A stretch of 64,000 bases of DNA from the NCBI GenBank assembly GCA_964413125.1, contig CAYPSZ010000424.1:9140-73139 (forward strand), in the 5' to 3' direction. Each line of letters starts with the position of its first letter. The stretch's first letter is position 1. A program made the position numbers and the translations under genes. Source of the stretch: an uncultured Desulfobacterales bacterium (GTDB taxonomy: Bacteria > Desulfobacterota > DSM-4660 > Desulfatiglandales > HGW-15). The notes beneath the pieces were generated by a model. The model searched no databases. It saw nothing but the letters and a program-made list of their open reading frames with translations, and was not told the origin of the DNA. This document shows positions 56,329 to 64,000 of this stretch, one piece after another.

Positions 56329-57741
56329 ATGCAATCATTGCCCTTGTTTGACCTCGACCCGCTTTTTCGACCCAAAACAGTTGCTGTTGTAGGAGCATCG
56401 GCCAATCCCGCCAAACTGGGATGGCATGTAATGACCAGCCTGATCAAAGGCGGGTTTCAAGGACGCCTTATCCCTGTGAACCCCGGAGTCGAGGAAATAC
56501 TGAACCACCCGACCGTACCCGGCATCGACGATATCCAAGGTTCGCTGGACCTTGTGGTGATTGCAGTTCCTGCGGGTCTGGTTCCGAAGGTGTGTGAAGC
56601 CTGCGTGAGAAAGCGCGTGAAAGGGGTAGTCCTCATCACCGCCGGCTTCAAGGAGATAGACGACCCCGAAGGCGCTCATCTTCAGGAACATCTGGCCCGG
56701 AAAATGACGGCCGCCGGCATACCTGTTGTGGGGCCCAACACATTCGGCCTGGTAAACCTTCACCATGACTTAAATGCGACATTCACGCCTGAATTTTCTC
56801 TTTGCAGGCCCGGCCACGTGTCGCTGGTCAGCCAGAGCGGGGGCATGGCCCATCTCTCGGCCTTTTTCGCACAGAGGCATGGCATGGGCCTGAGCAAAAT
56901 CATCGGCCTCGGCAACAGGCTTAACATAGGATTTCCCGCGGTAATGGACTACCTTATGGAAGATCCTGATACCCGGGTGGTCGCCCTTTATATCGAAGGG
57001 CTTGACCACCCCCGCACCTTGCTGAAGACCGCCCTCGCTTATAAGGGCAAGAAGCCTATTGTGGCCTATAAGACTGGTTCGTCGCATTCCGGCGACAGGG
57101 CCTCCGCTTCTCACACAGGTTCTTTGGCAGGGAAGCACGAGATCTACCGCGGCTTTTTTCGCCAGGCCGGCATCCTCCGGACTTGGGATACCGAGGTTTT
57201 CCTGGATTCCGCCCGAGCCCTGGCCGGAAGTCCCCTGTTACAGGGGAAGAATGTGGCCGTGCTCACCGGGCAGGCAGGCCCCGGCATGGCAGCCTGCGAT
57301 GCCCTGGAGACCGCCGGCATGTTTGTTCCGCCATTCAATGAAACCACCCGGCATCAAGTGGAACGCCTGCTTCCGCCGCTGGCCCTACGCACCAACCCTG
57401 TGGATTTGGGTCCGGCATGGTACGACACCGAAGCTGTTGCACGAATGATGCAGGTCGTTCTTGAAGATGAACAAATCCATGCGGTCTTGATCTTGATGAT
57501 GTTCGCCTCGGCTAACAGAGCTGCGGTCCCAGGAATCTCGCCCCTGCTGCGAGAGTGGAGACAGAGAAAACCCGTAATTTCATGTCTGATGGGGCCCCCT
57601 GGGATCTGGGAAGACGAAGTTCTCGATCTGGAGCAAACCGGAGCACTGGTGAATTTCCCCACTCCTGAGCGTGCGGCCCGGGCCCTGGCGGCACTCCACC
57701 GGTCGGCCCTTCTACGGGACCGGGTCAGGATGAACGAATAG
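56329..57741 (+). CDS. ADP-forming acetyl-CoA synthetase alpha-like / CoA-binding acyl-CoA ligase family protein
   Basis: Start taken at the ATG at 56329 (MQSLPLFDLDPLFRPKTVAVVGAS). CoA-binding and succinyl-CoA-ligase-like blocks are present (VVLITAGFKE, GPNTFGLVN, SQSGG, SHTGSLAG with the phospho-His). Confidence 0.7.
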   Translation: MQSLPLFDLDPLFRPKTVAVVGASANPAKLGWHVMTSLIKGGFQGRLIPVNPGVEEILNHPTVPGIDDIQGSLDLVVIAVPAGLVPKVCEACVRKRVKGVVLITAGFKEIDDPEGAHLQEHLARKMTAAGIPVVGPNTFGLVNLHHDLNATFTPEFSLCRPGHVSLVSQSGGMAHLSAFFAQRHGMGLSKIIGLGNRLNIGFPAVMDYLMEDPDTRVVALYIEGLDHPRTLLKTALAYKGKKPIVAYKTGSSHSGDRASASHTGSLAGKHEIYRGFFRQAGILRTWDTEVFLDSARALAGSPLLQGKNVAVLTGQAGPGMAACDALETAGMFVPPFNETTRHQVERLLPPLALRTNPVDLGPAWYDTEAVARMMQVVLEDEQIHAVLILMMFASANRAAVPGISPLLREWRQRKPVISCLMGPPGIWEDEVLDLEQTGALVNFPTPERAARALAALHRSALLRDRVRMNE

Positions 57742-57825
57742 CCTTTATCCAAACCTGTCACACAGGAAACGGAACGCTCATGACTTCAAAAGCCCTCTAC
57801 TGGTAGGCCTTGGCATGCTCTAAAT

Positions 57826-57856
57826 GCAAAAAAACACCGTCCACCGTGTTTTTTGC
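57826..57856 (+). terminator. Intrinsic terminator (A-tract / stem / T-tract, bidirectional in form)
   Basis: GCAAAAAAACAC-[CGTCCACC]-GTGTTTTTTGC, about 85 nt after the stop at 57741. Confidence 0.6.
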
Positions 57857-57867
57857 GATTTTTATGG

Positions 57868-57896
57868 TTGATATTCGGCACAATATCTATTATGGT
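57868..57896 (+). promoter_or_regulatory. Candidate sigma-70 promoter for hup
   Basis: TTGATA (57868-57873), a 17-nt spacer, then TATGGT (57891-57896). An AGGAGGAGG RBS precedes the ATG at 57954. Confidence 0.3.
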
Positions 57897-57953
57897 TGGC
57901 AGCGATTCGGTCATTGCGGGGATCCATTCACATGAAAGGAGGAGGGGCAGATT

Positions 57954-58223
57954 ATGAACAAGGGAGATTTGATCAACGAGGTGGCAAAGGTCGTGAGCAC
58001 AAAGAAAGAGGCCCAGGCAGCCGTCGACTGTGTGTTTTCCTCCATCACGAAGGCCCTCAAGAAGAAAGCTACGGTGACCCTTGTGGGCTTCGGCACATTC
58101 AAGGTCGACAAAAGGAAAGCCAGGAAGGGAAGAAATCCTCAGACGGGCGAAGAAATCAAGATCAAAGCAAAAAAAGTGCCCAAGTTCGTGCCGGGAAAAG
58201 CCCTCAAGGACGCAATCAAGTAA
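57954..58223 (+). CDS. hup: Nucleoid-associated DNA-binding protein HU
   Basis: 89 aa: [11 protein letters not shown]...[42 protein letters not shown], the HU/IHF family signature. Confidence 0.9.
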   Translation: MNKGDLINEVAKVVSTKKEAQAAVDCVFSSITKALKKKATVTLVGFGTFKVDKRKARKGRNPQTGEEIKIKAKKVPKFVPGKALKDAIK

Positions 58224-58251
58224 TATACCATATCGGTCCTGCAGAACTCAG

Positions 58252-58292
58252 ACCCCCATCGGTAAGGCTCCCGGGTGGGGGTTTCTTGTTTT
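58252..58292 (+). terminator. Intrinsic terminator after hup
   Basis: ACCCCCA (58252-58258) pairs with TGGGGGT (58276-58282), with inner CGG/CCG pairs, followed by TTTCTTGTTTT. Confidence 0.65.
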
Positions 58293-59185
58293 CATGGACG
58301 TCCCTATTATGCTTGCTGTCTTTATTGCTCATCTGCAACCCCGCCCTTGCATCCCCAAAAGAGACCCTTAAGGGAAACAACGTGACGGTGGTGTTTCCCT
58401 CATCACTACGCTCCGGCGCCCAAGAAGTCCTTGATTTATTCCCACTGGTTTCCAAGGAACTCGAGGATCATTTGGGCTTTGACGTGGATTTCCACTCTAC
58501 TGTGATTCTGGTGGCAGACAGCAGTGAGTTCCACCAAATGACCGGGCGTTCCATGGTGGTGGCTCTCGCGGTTCCCCGGCGTAAGGCCGTCTTCATCGAT
58601 CGCTCCCGCTCGATCTCCAGCCCCCACAGTTTTCATGCCTTGCTCAAGCATGAATTGTGTCATCTGCTTCTTCATGACAGGATCCCGGGAGGTCTCCTCC
58701 CCCGTTGGCTCGACGAGGGAGTTGCTCAGTGGGTCAGCGGCGGCTTCGCCGAAATAGTGCTGCCCAGAAGGGGTTCCGTCCTGGATGAAGCCTTCCTGTC
58801 GGGACGCACCATCCCCCTTAAAGCCCTTTCCAGAGCGTTTTACGGGGATGATCGATCCGTGCTGCTCGCCTACGAGCAAAGCCTCAGCCTGGTGCAGTTC
58901 ATGGTTGACCGATACGGAACCGACGGCCTGCTGTCCGTTCTGAACGGGCTCGCCCAAGGAGACTCTCTCGAGAGCGTCCTTTGGCAAAACTTCTCTCTCA
59001 CCATGACCTCCCTTGAAGAGGCCTGGCATGATGACCTCAAAGGCAAGGCTGTCTGGGTGGCATTCCTTATCGGACACCTCTACGAGATCCTGTTTTTGTT
59101 CGGCTCCGCCATACTGGCCGCGGGGTTTGTGCGTCACTTAAGAAAAAAGCGTGCAGCAATGGAGGCGCTGGATGATCCGGAGTGA
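58286..59185 (+). CDS. Secreted/membrane-anchored zinc metallopeptidase (HExxH, peptidase-MA-like); start codon uncertain
   Basis: The HExxH motif is in LLKHELCHLLLH and a C-terminal TM helix is VWVAFLIGHLYEILFLFGSAILAAGF. No in-frame ATG follows hup. TTG at 58286 gives MFSWTSLLCLLSLLLICNPALA/SP, and other TTGs are at 58313 and 58325. The ORF extension back to 57896 overlaps hup and is rejected. Confidence 0.55.
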   Translation: MFSWTSLLCLLSLLLICNPALASPKETLKGNNVTVVFPSSLRSGAQEVLDLFPLVSKELEDHLGFDVDFHSTVILVADSSEFHQMTGRSMVVALAVPRRKAVFIDRSRSISSPHSFHALLKHELCHLLLHDRIPGGLLPRWLDEGVAQWVSGGFAEIVLPRRGSVLDEAFLSGRTIPLKALSRAFYGDDRSVLLAYEQSLSLVQFMVDRYGTDGLLSVLNGLAQGDSLESVLWQNFSLTMTSLEEAWHDDLKGKAVWVAFLIGHLYEILFLFGSAILAAGFVRHLRKKRAAMEALDDPE

Positions 59186-59261
59186 CCATGAGGGTGGTTT
59201 CGCTTTTCAATGCCGCCCGGCCAACCCTTTCAGGCAAGTGTGATCATTGCGATTGAGCCCT

Positions 59262-59290
59262 ATTGACATATTCCCACCATCGCGCTATAT
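59262..59290 (+). promoter_or_regulatory. Strong sigma-70-type promoter
   Basis: TTGACA (59262-59267), an exactly 17-nt spacer, then TATATT (59285-59290). Confidence 0.55.
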
Positions 59291-59296
59291 TTTATT

Positions 59297-59306
59297 ATTA
59301 ACGTTA
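59297..59306. promoter_or_regulatory. Perfect 10-bp palindrome TTAACGTTAA at the predicted transcription start (candidate operator)
   Basis: It is read directly and begins 7 nt after the -10 hexamer. It shares the TAACGTTA core with the motif array at 22489-22540. Confidence 0.35.
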
Positions 59307-59334
59307 ACACTGTAAAGCCGGTTGGATGTGGAGA

Positions 59335-59358
59335 CGGCCCGCTTGCAAGCGGGTCTTT
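59335..59358 (+). terminator. Intrinsic terminator-like hairpin between the promoter and the start codon (leader attenuator or end of a small RNA)
   Basis: CCCGCTTGCAAGCGGG (59337-59352) is a perfect palindrome extended by G-C and G-U pairs, followed by TCTTTTAAT. It lies about 40 nt upstream of the ATG at 59393. Confidence 0.5.
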
Positions 59359-59392
59359 TAATATCCGAATACCGGCCGGAAAAGGAGGCGGC

Positions 59393-59653
59393 ATGACTGA
59401 CGACAAACCACTTGTTCAGGAAATCATGAATGAGGCGTTGAGCGATCCCAACTTGACCAACGAGGAAAGGATCATGATTGATGAAATCCACCTAAACGCC
59501 ATTTATCGCGCCCGAAGGATCGCAGACAGCCGTGAAGACATGAACTTGTATACGAGAACCCTGGAAACGGAGCTTGAGAAAAGTGAGGGAGAGATCCAGA
59601 GGATTCGCGGCATGGCGGCAAACCGGGAGTCGAGAAGGGTGGAGAACTTCTGA
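59393..59653 (+). CDS. Small hypothetical helical protein (86 aa)
   Basis: A strong RBS (AAAGGAGG at 59380-59387) precedes the ORF. No family was recognised. Confidence 0.5.
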   Translation: MTDDKPLVQEIMNEALSDPNLTNEERIMIDEIHLNAIYRARRIADSREDMNLYTRTLETELEKSEGEIQRIRGMAANRESRRVENF

Positions 59654-59784
59654 TAGATGATACGCCGGGCGCTCAAGCGGGTCAGCCCGGTTATCCAATG
59701 ACATGTGGCGGCCCCGCTCCGCCGATATACGGGCGTTGAGGGGGGCCGATTGTTTGAAACAGGCCTGATTACTTTCAAGCTGAT

Positions 59785-61101
59785 TTAGGAGGAACGCCTG
59801 TTCCTCAGGTTTTCCATGAGCGCCTCCACCGGCGCCAGGGCATAAGGTGACCCTTCCTCTATGGCCTTTAAAACAGTCCCGCCTCCGGTGAAGAAATAAT
59901 AAGAAGGATCCTCCAAAGCCGACATGTAGAGCCCTGGGGTAAGATTCTTGAACTCCTGAAGCGTGTCTCCGCCTCCGAACAACTTGCGCGCACTGCGATT
60001 TCGAGAGATCTCCCTGTTGAGACGCTCTGTTCCTCTGTAGAAGTGGGGCACAAGGCCCATAACGGCGTTTACAAATATGGTCCCTGCCGAGTTCAGGACC
60101 TGAGCAACTTCAGGGTCGTCAAAGGACTCAGGGGCCGCATCCAGAAACGGACCGTATCTGCGCCCCTGTTCAAAATCACGTACCCATAAAACCCTGTATT
60201 TACCTTGCTCCCTCGAATCCGGCACATCGGACTCCATAACCGCCGGGAGTTCCACTATCTTCTTGGAATCCCTATCCATATCCACCAGTTCCCGGGCGGC
60301 GCCGACATCTTCCTCTCCCACACCTCCCACTTGGATCCCGTACTTGGCGGAAAGGTAGGCATTATAGATTACACCGCCCAGTATCAGGTGATCGACGCGC
60401 TCATAGATTCGGCGAAGGGGTCCGATTTTCGTGTCGTATTTCGCCCCTGCCACAACGGCCACAAACGGCCTATTGGGCTCCAAGACCTGCCTTAGGTGCA
60501 GGAGTTCTTTTTGGAGGAGAACACCGGCAAATGAAGGGACATGACGGGTCACATCAAAGGTTGAGGCGTGCGGCTGCCAGGAACCGAATGCGTCGTTGAC
60601 ATAAACGTCCGACAGAGAGGCCAATTGCGAGGCCAATCGATCTCTCGCCTCTCCTTTCACCTCTTCCCCCTGGAAACAGCGCGTGTTGGGCAGATATATG
60701 CCGCTGATTCGCCGATTTTTCAGTTCCTCTATGAGCTCACTGATCGACGCATCAATGTCCTTAATTCCCATGTCACCGTCGGCCTTGAGGTCGGGCACCA
60801 CGAATCGGGCGTAGAGTTTCTTCTCCAAATACTCCGTAATGGGAAGGACCGATTTCTTCCCATCTTCAGTAATCTTACCGGTTTTTTTATCCCTTGGGCG
60901 TCCCACGTGCGTCATGAGGATGGGTCGCCCTCCCTGTTCCACAATACGGTACAGGGTGGGAAAACCGGCCTCGATTCGAAACGGGTCCGTGATCTTGCCT
61001 TTCTTCACCACGTTGTGGTCGACCCGCAAGAGCACCACCTTGCCTGCGAGATCGGCATGCTGTATTAAAGGGAGTCCGGGATCCAGTTCATTGATGTCCA
61101 T
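59785..61101 (-). CDS. pgk: Phosphoglycerate kinase family protein, divergent long form (438 aa)
   Basis: PGK blocks are present but altered: VLLRVDHNVV (canonical VDFNVP), ILMTHVGRP, YVNDAFGSWQPHAS (canonical NDAFGTAHRAHAS), FGGGDT, and FFTGGGTVLKAIEE. Confidence 0.7.
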   Translation of the reverse strand: MDINELDPGLPLIQHADLAGKVVLLRVDHNVVKKGKITDPFRIEAGFPTLYRIVEQGGRPILMTHVGRPRDKKTGKITEDGKKSVLPITEYLEKKLYARFVVPDLKADGDMGIKDIDASISELIEELKNRRISGIYLPNTRCFQGEEVKGEARDRLASQLASLSDVYVNDAFGSWQPHASTFDVTRHVPSFAGVLLQKELLHLRQVLEPNRPFVAVVAGAKYDTKIGPLRRIYERVDHLILGGVIYNAYLSAKYGIQVGGVGEEDVGAARELVDMDRDSKKIVELPAVMESDVPDSREQGKYRVLWVRDFEQGRRYGPFLDAAPESFDDPEVAQVLNSAGTIFVNAVMGLVPHFYRGTERLNREISRNRSARKLFGGGDTLQEFKNLTPGLYMSALEDPSYYFFTGGGTVLKAIEEGSPYALAPVEALMENLRNRRSS

Positions 61102-61394
61102 GCGTCATACTCCTTTCTGAAGCCGGAAGGCCTGAGATGGAAACATTTCAGACCTCTATATATAACAGAGGACATGGGGGTTTGAAAACGGCCAAAAAGA
61201 CGTTAGTCGTTTTCCTTTACGTATGGAAACCCGGACCTCAAAGCTGGTCGGATGAGTCCGGAACCGAGGTTGCCATCCCACACTCCCTGCTGTAAGGTGT
61301 ATTACTTGAGCCCGGTGTGAACTCATGGTGTGAGGCGACCCTGTAAATCCTGAACATTTCTGCATGATACTTGAAAACAAGGGGCTTGGGAACA

Positions 61395-62501
61395 ATGGAG
61401 AAGCTTAACGATGTTTACATCCGCTTGGCCGATCATCTCTCAGCGCTCGGCATGGGATACCCGGTCACGGACGATCTCCTGGTGATCCTTCGGGAAAACT
61501 TCAGTCCAAAAGAGGCGCTCGTGGCACTGGCTCTCCCTACGCGCGTCGCCCCGCTTCAGCCCGTGCCGGCCCGGGAGATAACGCCGCTGGTGGACCTTCC
61601 CCAAGAGGAGGTGATCGGGATCCTCGAGGGACTTGCCGGAAGGGGCCTGTTGTTTTGCGCTGAGACAAAAGATGGAGTTAAAGGGTATGCCCTTCAACAG
61701 GTGGGATTCGGATTCCCGCAGCTCTATTTCTGGAGAGGCGAGGATACCGACACGTCCCGGCACATGGCCGGGCTGGTTGCAAAATACTTCAACCGCAAAG
61801 TGACCCAGAGGGCCTACGGGTCTGAGACCCAACCATATCGATATGTTCCGGCCTCAGGCTCACTGACGCCTGACATGCAGGCGGTGTTTCCCCACCACGC
61901 TATGGAGGCCGTTCTGGAAAGCGCCGGCGAATTCGCTGTATGCCACTGCGCTTGTCGCATCACGGCAAGCCTTCGAGGGCGTGACTGCGGTCACCCTACC
62001 GAGGTCTGCATCAAGTTCGACGAAATGGCCGCGTATGTCATTGACCGAGGCCTGGGCCGTAGAATCACACGACAGGAGGCTGAGGATCTGGTGGCTTTTG
62101 CCGCTCGTGAGGGGCTGGTCCATTTTGTGGATAACACCGGGGGCAATATCAAGCACAACTGCAATTGCTGCGGGTGCTCGTGCTGGAATGTGGGGATTAT
62201 CAGGCGGCGTAAAATCCCCAGGGACCTTATAATGGCCACCTACTTCCTGCGCGAGACAGACACGGATGCCTGCGAAGGCTGTGGCGAGTGCGCCCGCATA
62301 TGTCCCGTGGAGGCGGTTACCATTGAAAACGACATCCCCGTTGTGGATCCCGATTGGTGCATAGGTTGCGGGGTCTGTGTGCCTCGATGCCCTGTGGAGG
62401 CTGCAAGGCTGCGCCTTCGTGACGACAGGTCAGGGGATCTTCCGGCAGCGCTGTTCGAGGAACTTCACCAAAAGATCCTTTGCGAAAAACATCTTATTTA
62501 G
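61395..62501 (+). CDS. Cys-rich Fe-S protein with C-terminal 2x[4Fe-4S] ferredoxin domain
   Basis: Start taken at the ATG at 61395. The translation has CHCACR...CGHPTEVC and HNCNCCGCSCW clusters plus CEGCGECARICP and CIGCGVCVPRCP. Confidence 0.65.
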   Translation: MEKLNDVYIRLADHLSALGMGYPVTDDLLVILRENFSPKEALVALALPTRVAPLQPVPAREITPLVDLPQEEVIGILEGLAGRGLLFCAETKDGVKGYALQQVGFGFPQLYFWRGEDTDTSRHMAGLVAKYFNRKVTQRAYGSETQPYRYVPASGSLTPDMQAVFPHHAMEAVLESAGEFAVCHCACRITASLRGRDCGHPTEVCIKFDEMAAYVIDRGLGRRITRQEAEDLVAFAAREGLVHFVDNTGGNIKHNCNCCGCSCWNVGIIRRRKIPRDLIMATYFLRETDTDACEGCGECARICPVEAVTIENDIPVVDPDWCIGCGVCVPRCPVEAARLRLRDDRSGDLPAALFEELHQKILCEKHLI

Positions 62502-62533
62502 GCGTGTGCTCCCCCTTATAAGAGGGTTTAACC

Positions 62534-63343
62534 ATGCGGTTCATCACATTCAACATGCGTTTTGAGAACGACCGGGATGGTGAGAATTCCTGGTCGAACA
62601 GGCGTGGCTTCGTTGTCCGCCTGGTCAAGCGATACTTGCCGGACGTCCTTGGCACCCAGGAGGGAAAATGGTCTCAGCTCCTGTATTTGGATGAACAACT
62701 TCCGGAATACACTATGCAGGCCGGAAAGCGGGTGATAGACGACACCTCCCAATACCCAACTCTCTTTATTCGGAAGACCTCATTCGAAGTATTGGAACAA
62801 GAGGAATTCTGGTTATCCGGAACCCCCCGCATAAACCTCAGCAAGAACTGGGACAGCGCGTTTCCTCGAATGATGAGCGCGGCGCTCTTGAAATGCCTTC
62901 AATCAGGCTCCCGCCTCTGGGCGGTAGTTACCCATCTGGATCATATTGGAGTTGAGGCGAGATACAGGCAGGCGCAACTGCTGGCTGACTGGATTTCCGA
63001 AAGGACTGATCCCGCGGTGGTCATGGGAGATTTTAACGATCAACCTCAATCAAGGGTCCACGAGGCTATGACATCCAGGACAACCGGCCTTGTGGACACT
63101 TGGCAGCTTATGGGGCGGGAGGAGGGAGAGCCCTCTTATACCGCCCACGGTTTCGAAGGTGTTCCAAAAACAGGTCGAATTGACTGGATACTGGCGAACC
63201 GCCGTCTTGTGATCCAAGATGTCCGAATTCTCAGGGACAGGGAAGGCGGCCGTTACCCGTCGGATCACTTCCCCTGTATGGCGGACCTGGCGTTTCCCTC
63301 TGCTGAAGACCTCTCAATCTCCCGGGAGTCGCAGCAAAGGTAA
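62534..63343 (+). CDS. Endonuclease/exonuclease/phosphatase (EEP) family protein
   Basis: MRFITFNMRF...DVLGTQE...THLDH...VMGDFND...DWIL...SDHFP is the ordered EEP catalytic motif set. Confidence 0.75.
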   Translation: MRFITFNMRFENDRDGENSWSNRRGFVVRLVKRYLPDVLGTQEGKWSQLLYLDEQLPEYTMQAGKRVIDDTSQYPTLFIRKTSFEVLEQEEFWLSGTPRINLSKNWDSAFPRMMSAALLKCLQSGSRLWAVVTHLDHIGVEARYRQAQLLADWISERTDPAVVMGDFNDQPQSRVHEAMTSRTTGLVDTWQLMGREEGEPSYTAHGFEGVPKTGRIDWILANRRLVIQDVRILRDREGGRYPSDHFPCMADLAFPSAEDLSISRESQQR

Positions 63344-63400
63344 AGGCTGAGGTTACAGGCAACAGCTGTCCGTTTCAGTTCAGTTCAGAAAGGAGAAATC

Positions 63401-63817
63401 ATGAAGAGCTATAGGCAAGAACTCTGGTTCAACGTCCCCACAAGGCGCGCGCTGGTGAACATCACACCCCAAGTGGAGGAGTGCTTGAAGGAGAGCGGTA
63501 TTCAGGAGGGCCTCCTCCTTTGCAACGCCATGCATATTACAGCCTCCGTTTTCATCAACGACGACGAGTCCGGCCTGCACCAGGATTACGAGGAATGGCT
63601 GGAACGGCTGGCACCTCATGAACCTGTGGCTTCCTATCGCCACAATGTGGGAGAAGACAATGCAGACGCTCACATGAAACGCCAAATAATGGGAAGAGAG
63701 GTGGTGGTGGCGGTCACCAAAGGACGTCTGGATTTCGGCACCTGGGAGCGGATCTTCTACGGCGAATTCGACGGCAGGCGGAAGAAGAGGGTCCTGGTAA
63801 AAATCATCGGGGAGTGA
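63401..63817 (+). CDS. yjbQ: YjbQ/UPF0047 family protein
   Basis: 138 aa with NITPQVEE...[24 protein letters not shown]...WLERLAP...[14 protein letters not shown]...[25 protein letters not shown], the family signature. Confidence 0.8.
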   Translation: MKSYRQELWFNVPTRRALVNITPQVEECLKESGIQEGLLLCNAMHITASVFINDDESGLHQDYEEWLERLAPHEPVASYRHNVGEDNADAHMKRQIMGREVVVAVTKGRLDFGTWERIFYGEFDGRRKKRVLVKIIGE

Positions 63818-63822
63818 AAGCT

Positions 63823-64000
63823 TCAGGGGCGCAACCTGAGTTGCTGCCCTATCCGGATAAGCGACCCCTGTATGCCGTTGAGGGACCTGATGGTTTGAAC
63901 GGGGACGCCCGAGCGTTTTGAGATGCCGCTCAGTGTATCCCCCCTTTGAACCACGTATATATCCCCCTTTATGAATCCTCCTTGAGTGACGGCATATTTT
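63823..64000 (-). CDS. 3' end of a LysM-domain protein gene; 5' end lies outside the window
   Basis: My own minus-strand translation reads ...KGDIYVVQRGDTLSGISKRSGVPVQTIRSLNGIQGSLIRIGQQLRLRP*, a LysM motif, with TGA at 63823-63825. Confidence 0.55.
   Translation of the reverse strand, partial: KYAVTQGGFIKGDIYVVQRGDTLSGISKRSGVPVQTIRSLNGIQGSLIRIGQQLRLRP

Noticed and set aside
57810-57828. TGGCATGCTCTAAATGCA upstream of hup, which resembles a sigma-54 promoter.
   Set aside because: The GG to GC spacing is 13 rather than 11. The region is better explained by the adjacent intrinsic terminator and a sigma-70-type promoter.
57896-58285. The 5' extension of the 429-aa ORF across hup.
   Set aside because: It overlaps the well-supported hup gene in another frame and crosses the hup terminator. 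Only the part from about 58286 onward looks like real protein (signal peptide, HExxH).

Overview
This 64-kb window looks like a chromosomal segment of a GC-rich strict anaerobe. The gene content (HdrABC/MvhD/MetFV, several sigma-54 activators, many PAS histidine kinases, DsbD, PEP synthase) suggests a Desulfobacterota (deltaproteobacterial) sulfate reducer or syntroph; that assignment is inference only. I count about 57 protein-coding genes. I recognised no rRNA, tRNA, CRISPR array, transposase or integrase. Layout: (1) 1-14.9 kb holds an HdrA/MvhD-like fusion convergent with a long minus-strand cluster, metF2, tandem hdrA, mvhD, metV, metF, then [response regulator, 2 ACT-like proteins, 2 PAS kinases], then hdrC and hdrB, preceded by a consensus sigma-54 promoter. 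(2) 15.2-22.3 kb is a minus-strand redox/metallocofactor-type operon: thioredoxin, OYE-FAD reductase, ferredoxin, DUF1638, NifX-like, NifU-like, two MinD-ferredoxin ATPases and DUF364. (3) 22.6-27.5 kb carries two PAS sigma-54 activators and a hybrid kinase. (4) 27.5-32.1 kb is an envelope operon: CHI-like protein, secreted Pcm, SpeE-like membrane protein and YhhQ. (5) 32.5-36 kb holds a sigma-54-driven orphan protein, a DUF1573-like gene interrupted by an in-frame TGA, and a CDF transporter fused to a NifX-like domain. (6) 36.4-41.9 kb is a sigma-54-driven chaperone-usher-like operon. (7) 42.3-64 kb is mostly housekeeping (dsbD, fabH, ppsA, thiolase/DUF35, prmA, rsmE, eno, hup, pgk-like and others). 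Most notable: (a) the in-frame TGA falls on the first Cys of the DUF1573 CGC motif, making a candidate selenoprotein; (b) the chaperone-usher-like fibre locus has two unrecognisable paralogous subunits and an atypical usher whose signal peptide is separated from its body by an A10 tract, which could be a frameshift or phase switch; (c) the Hdr/MetF cluster has an embedded signalling cassette; (d) three consensus sigma-54 promoters lie in the window. All calls come from reading the translations and sequence by eye; no database search was run.
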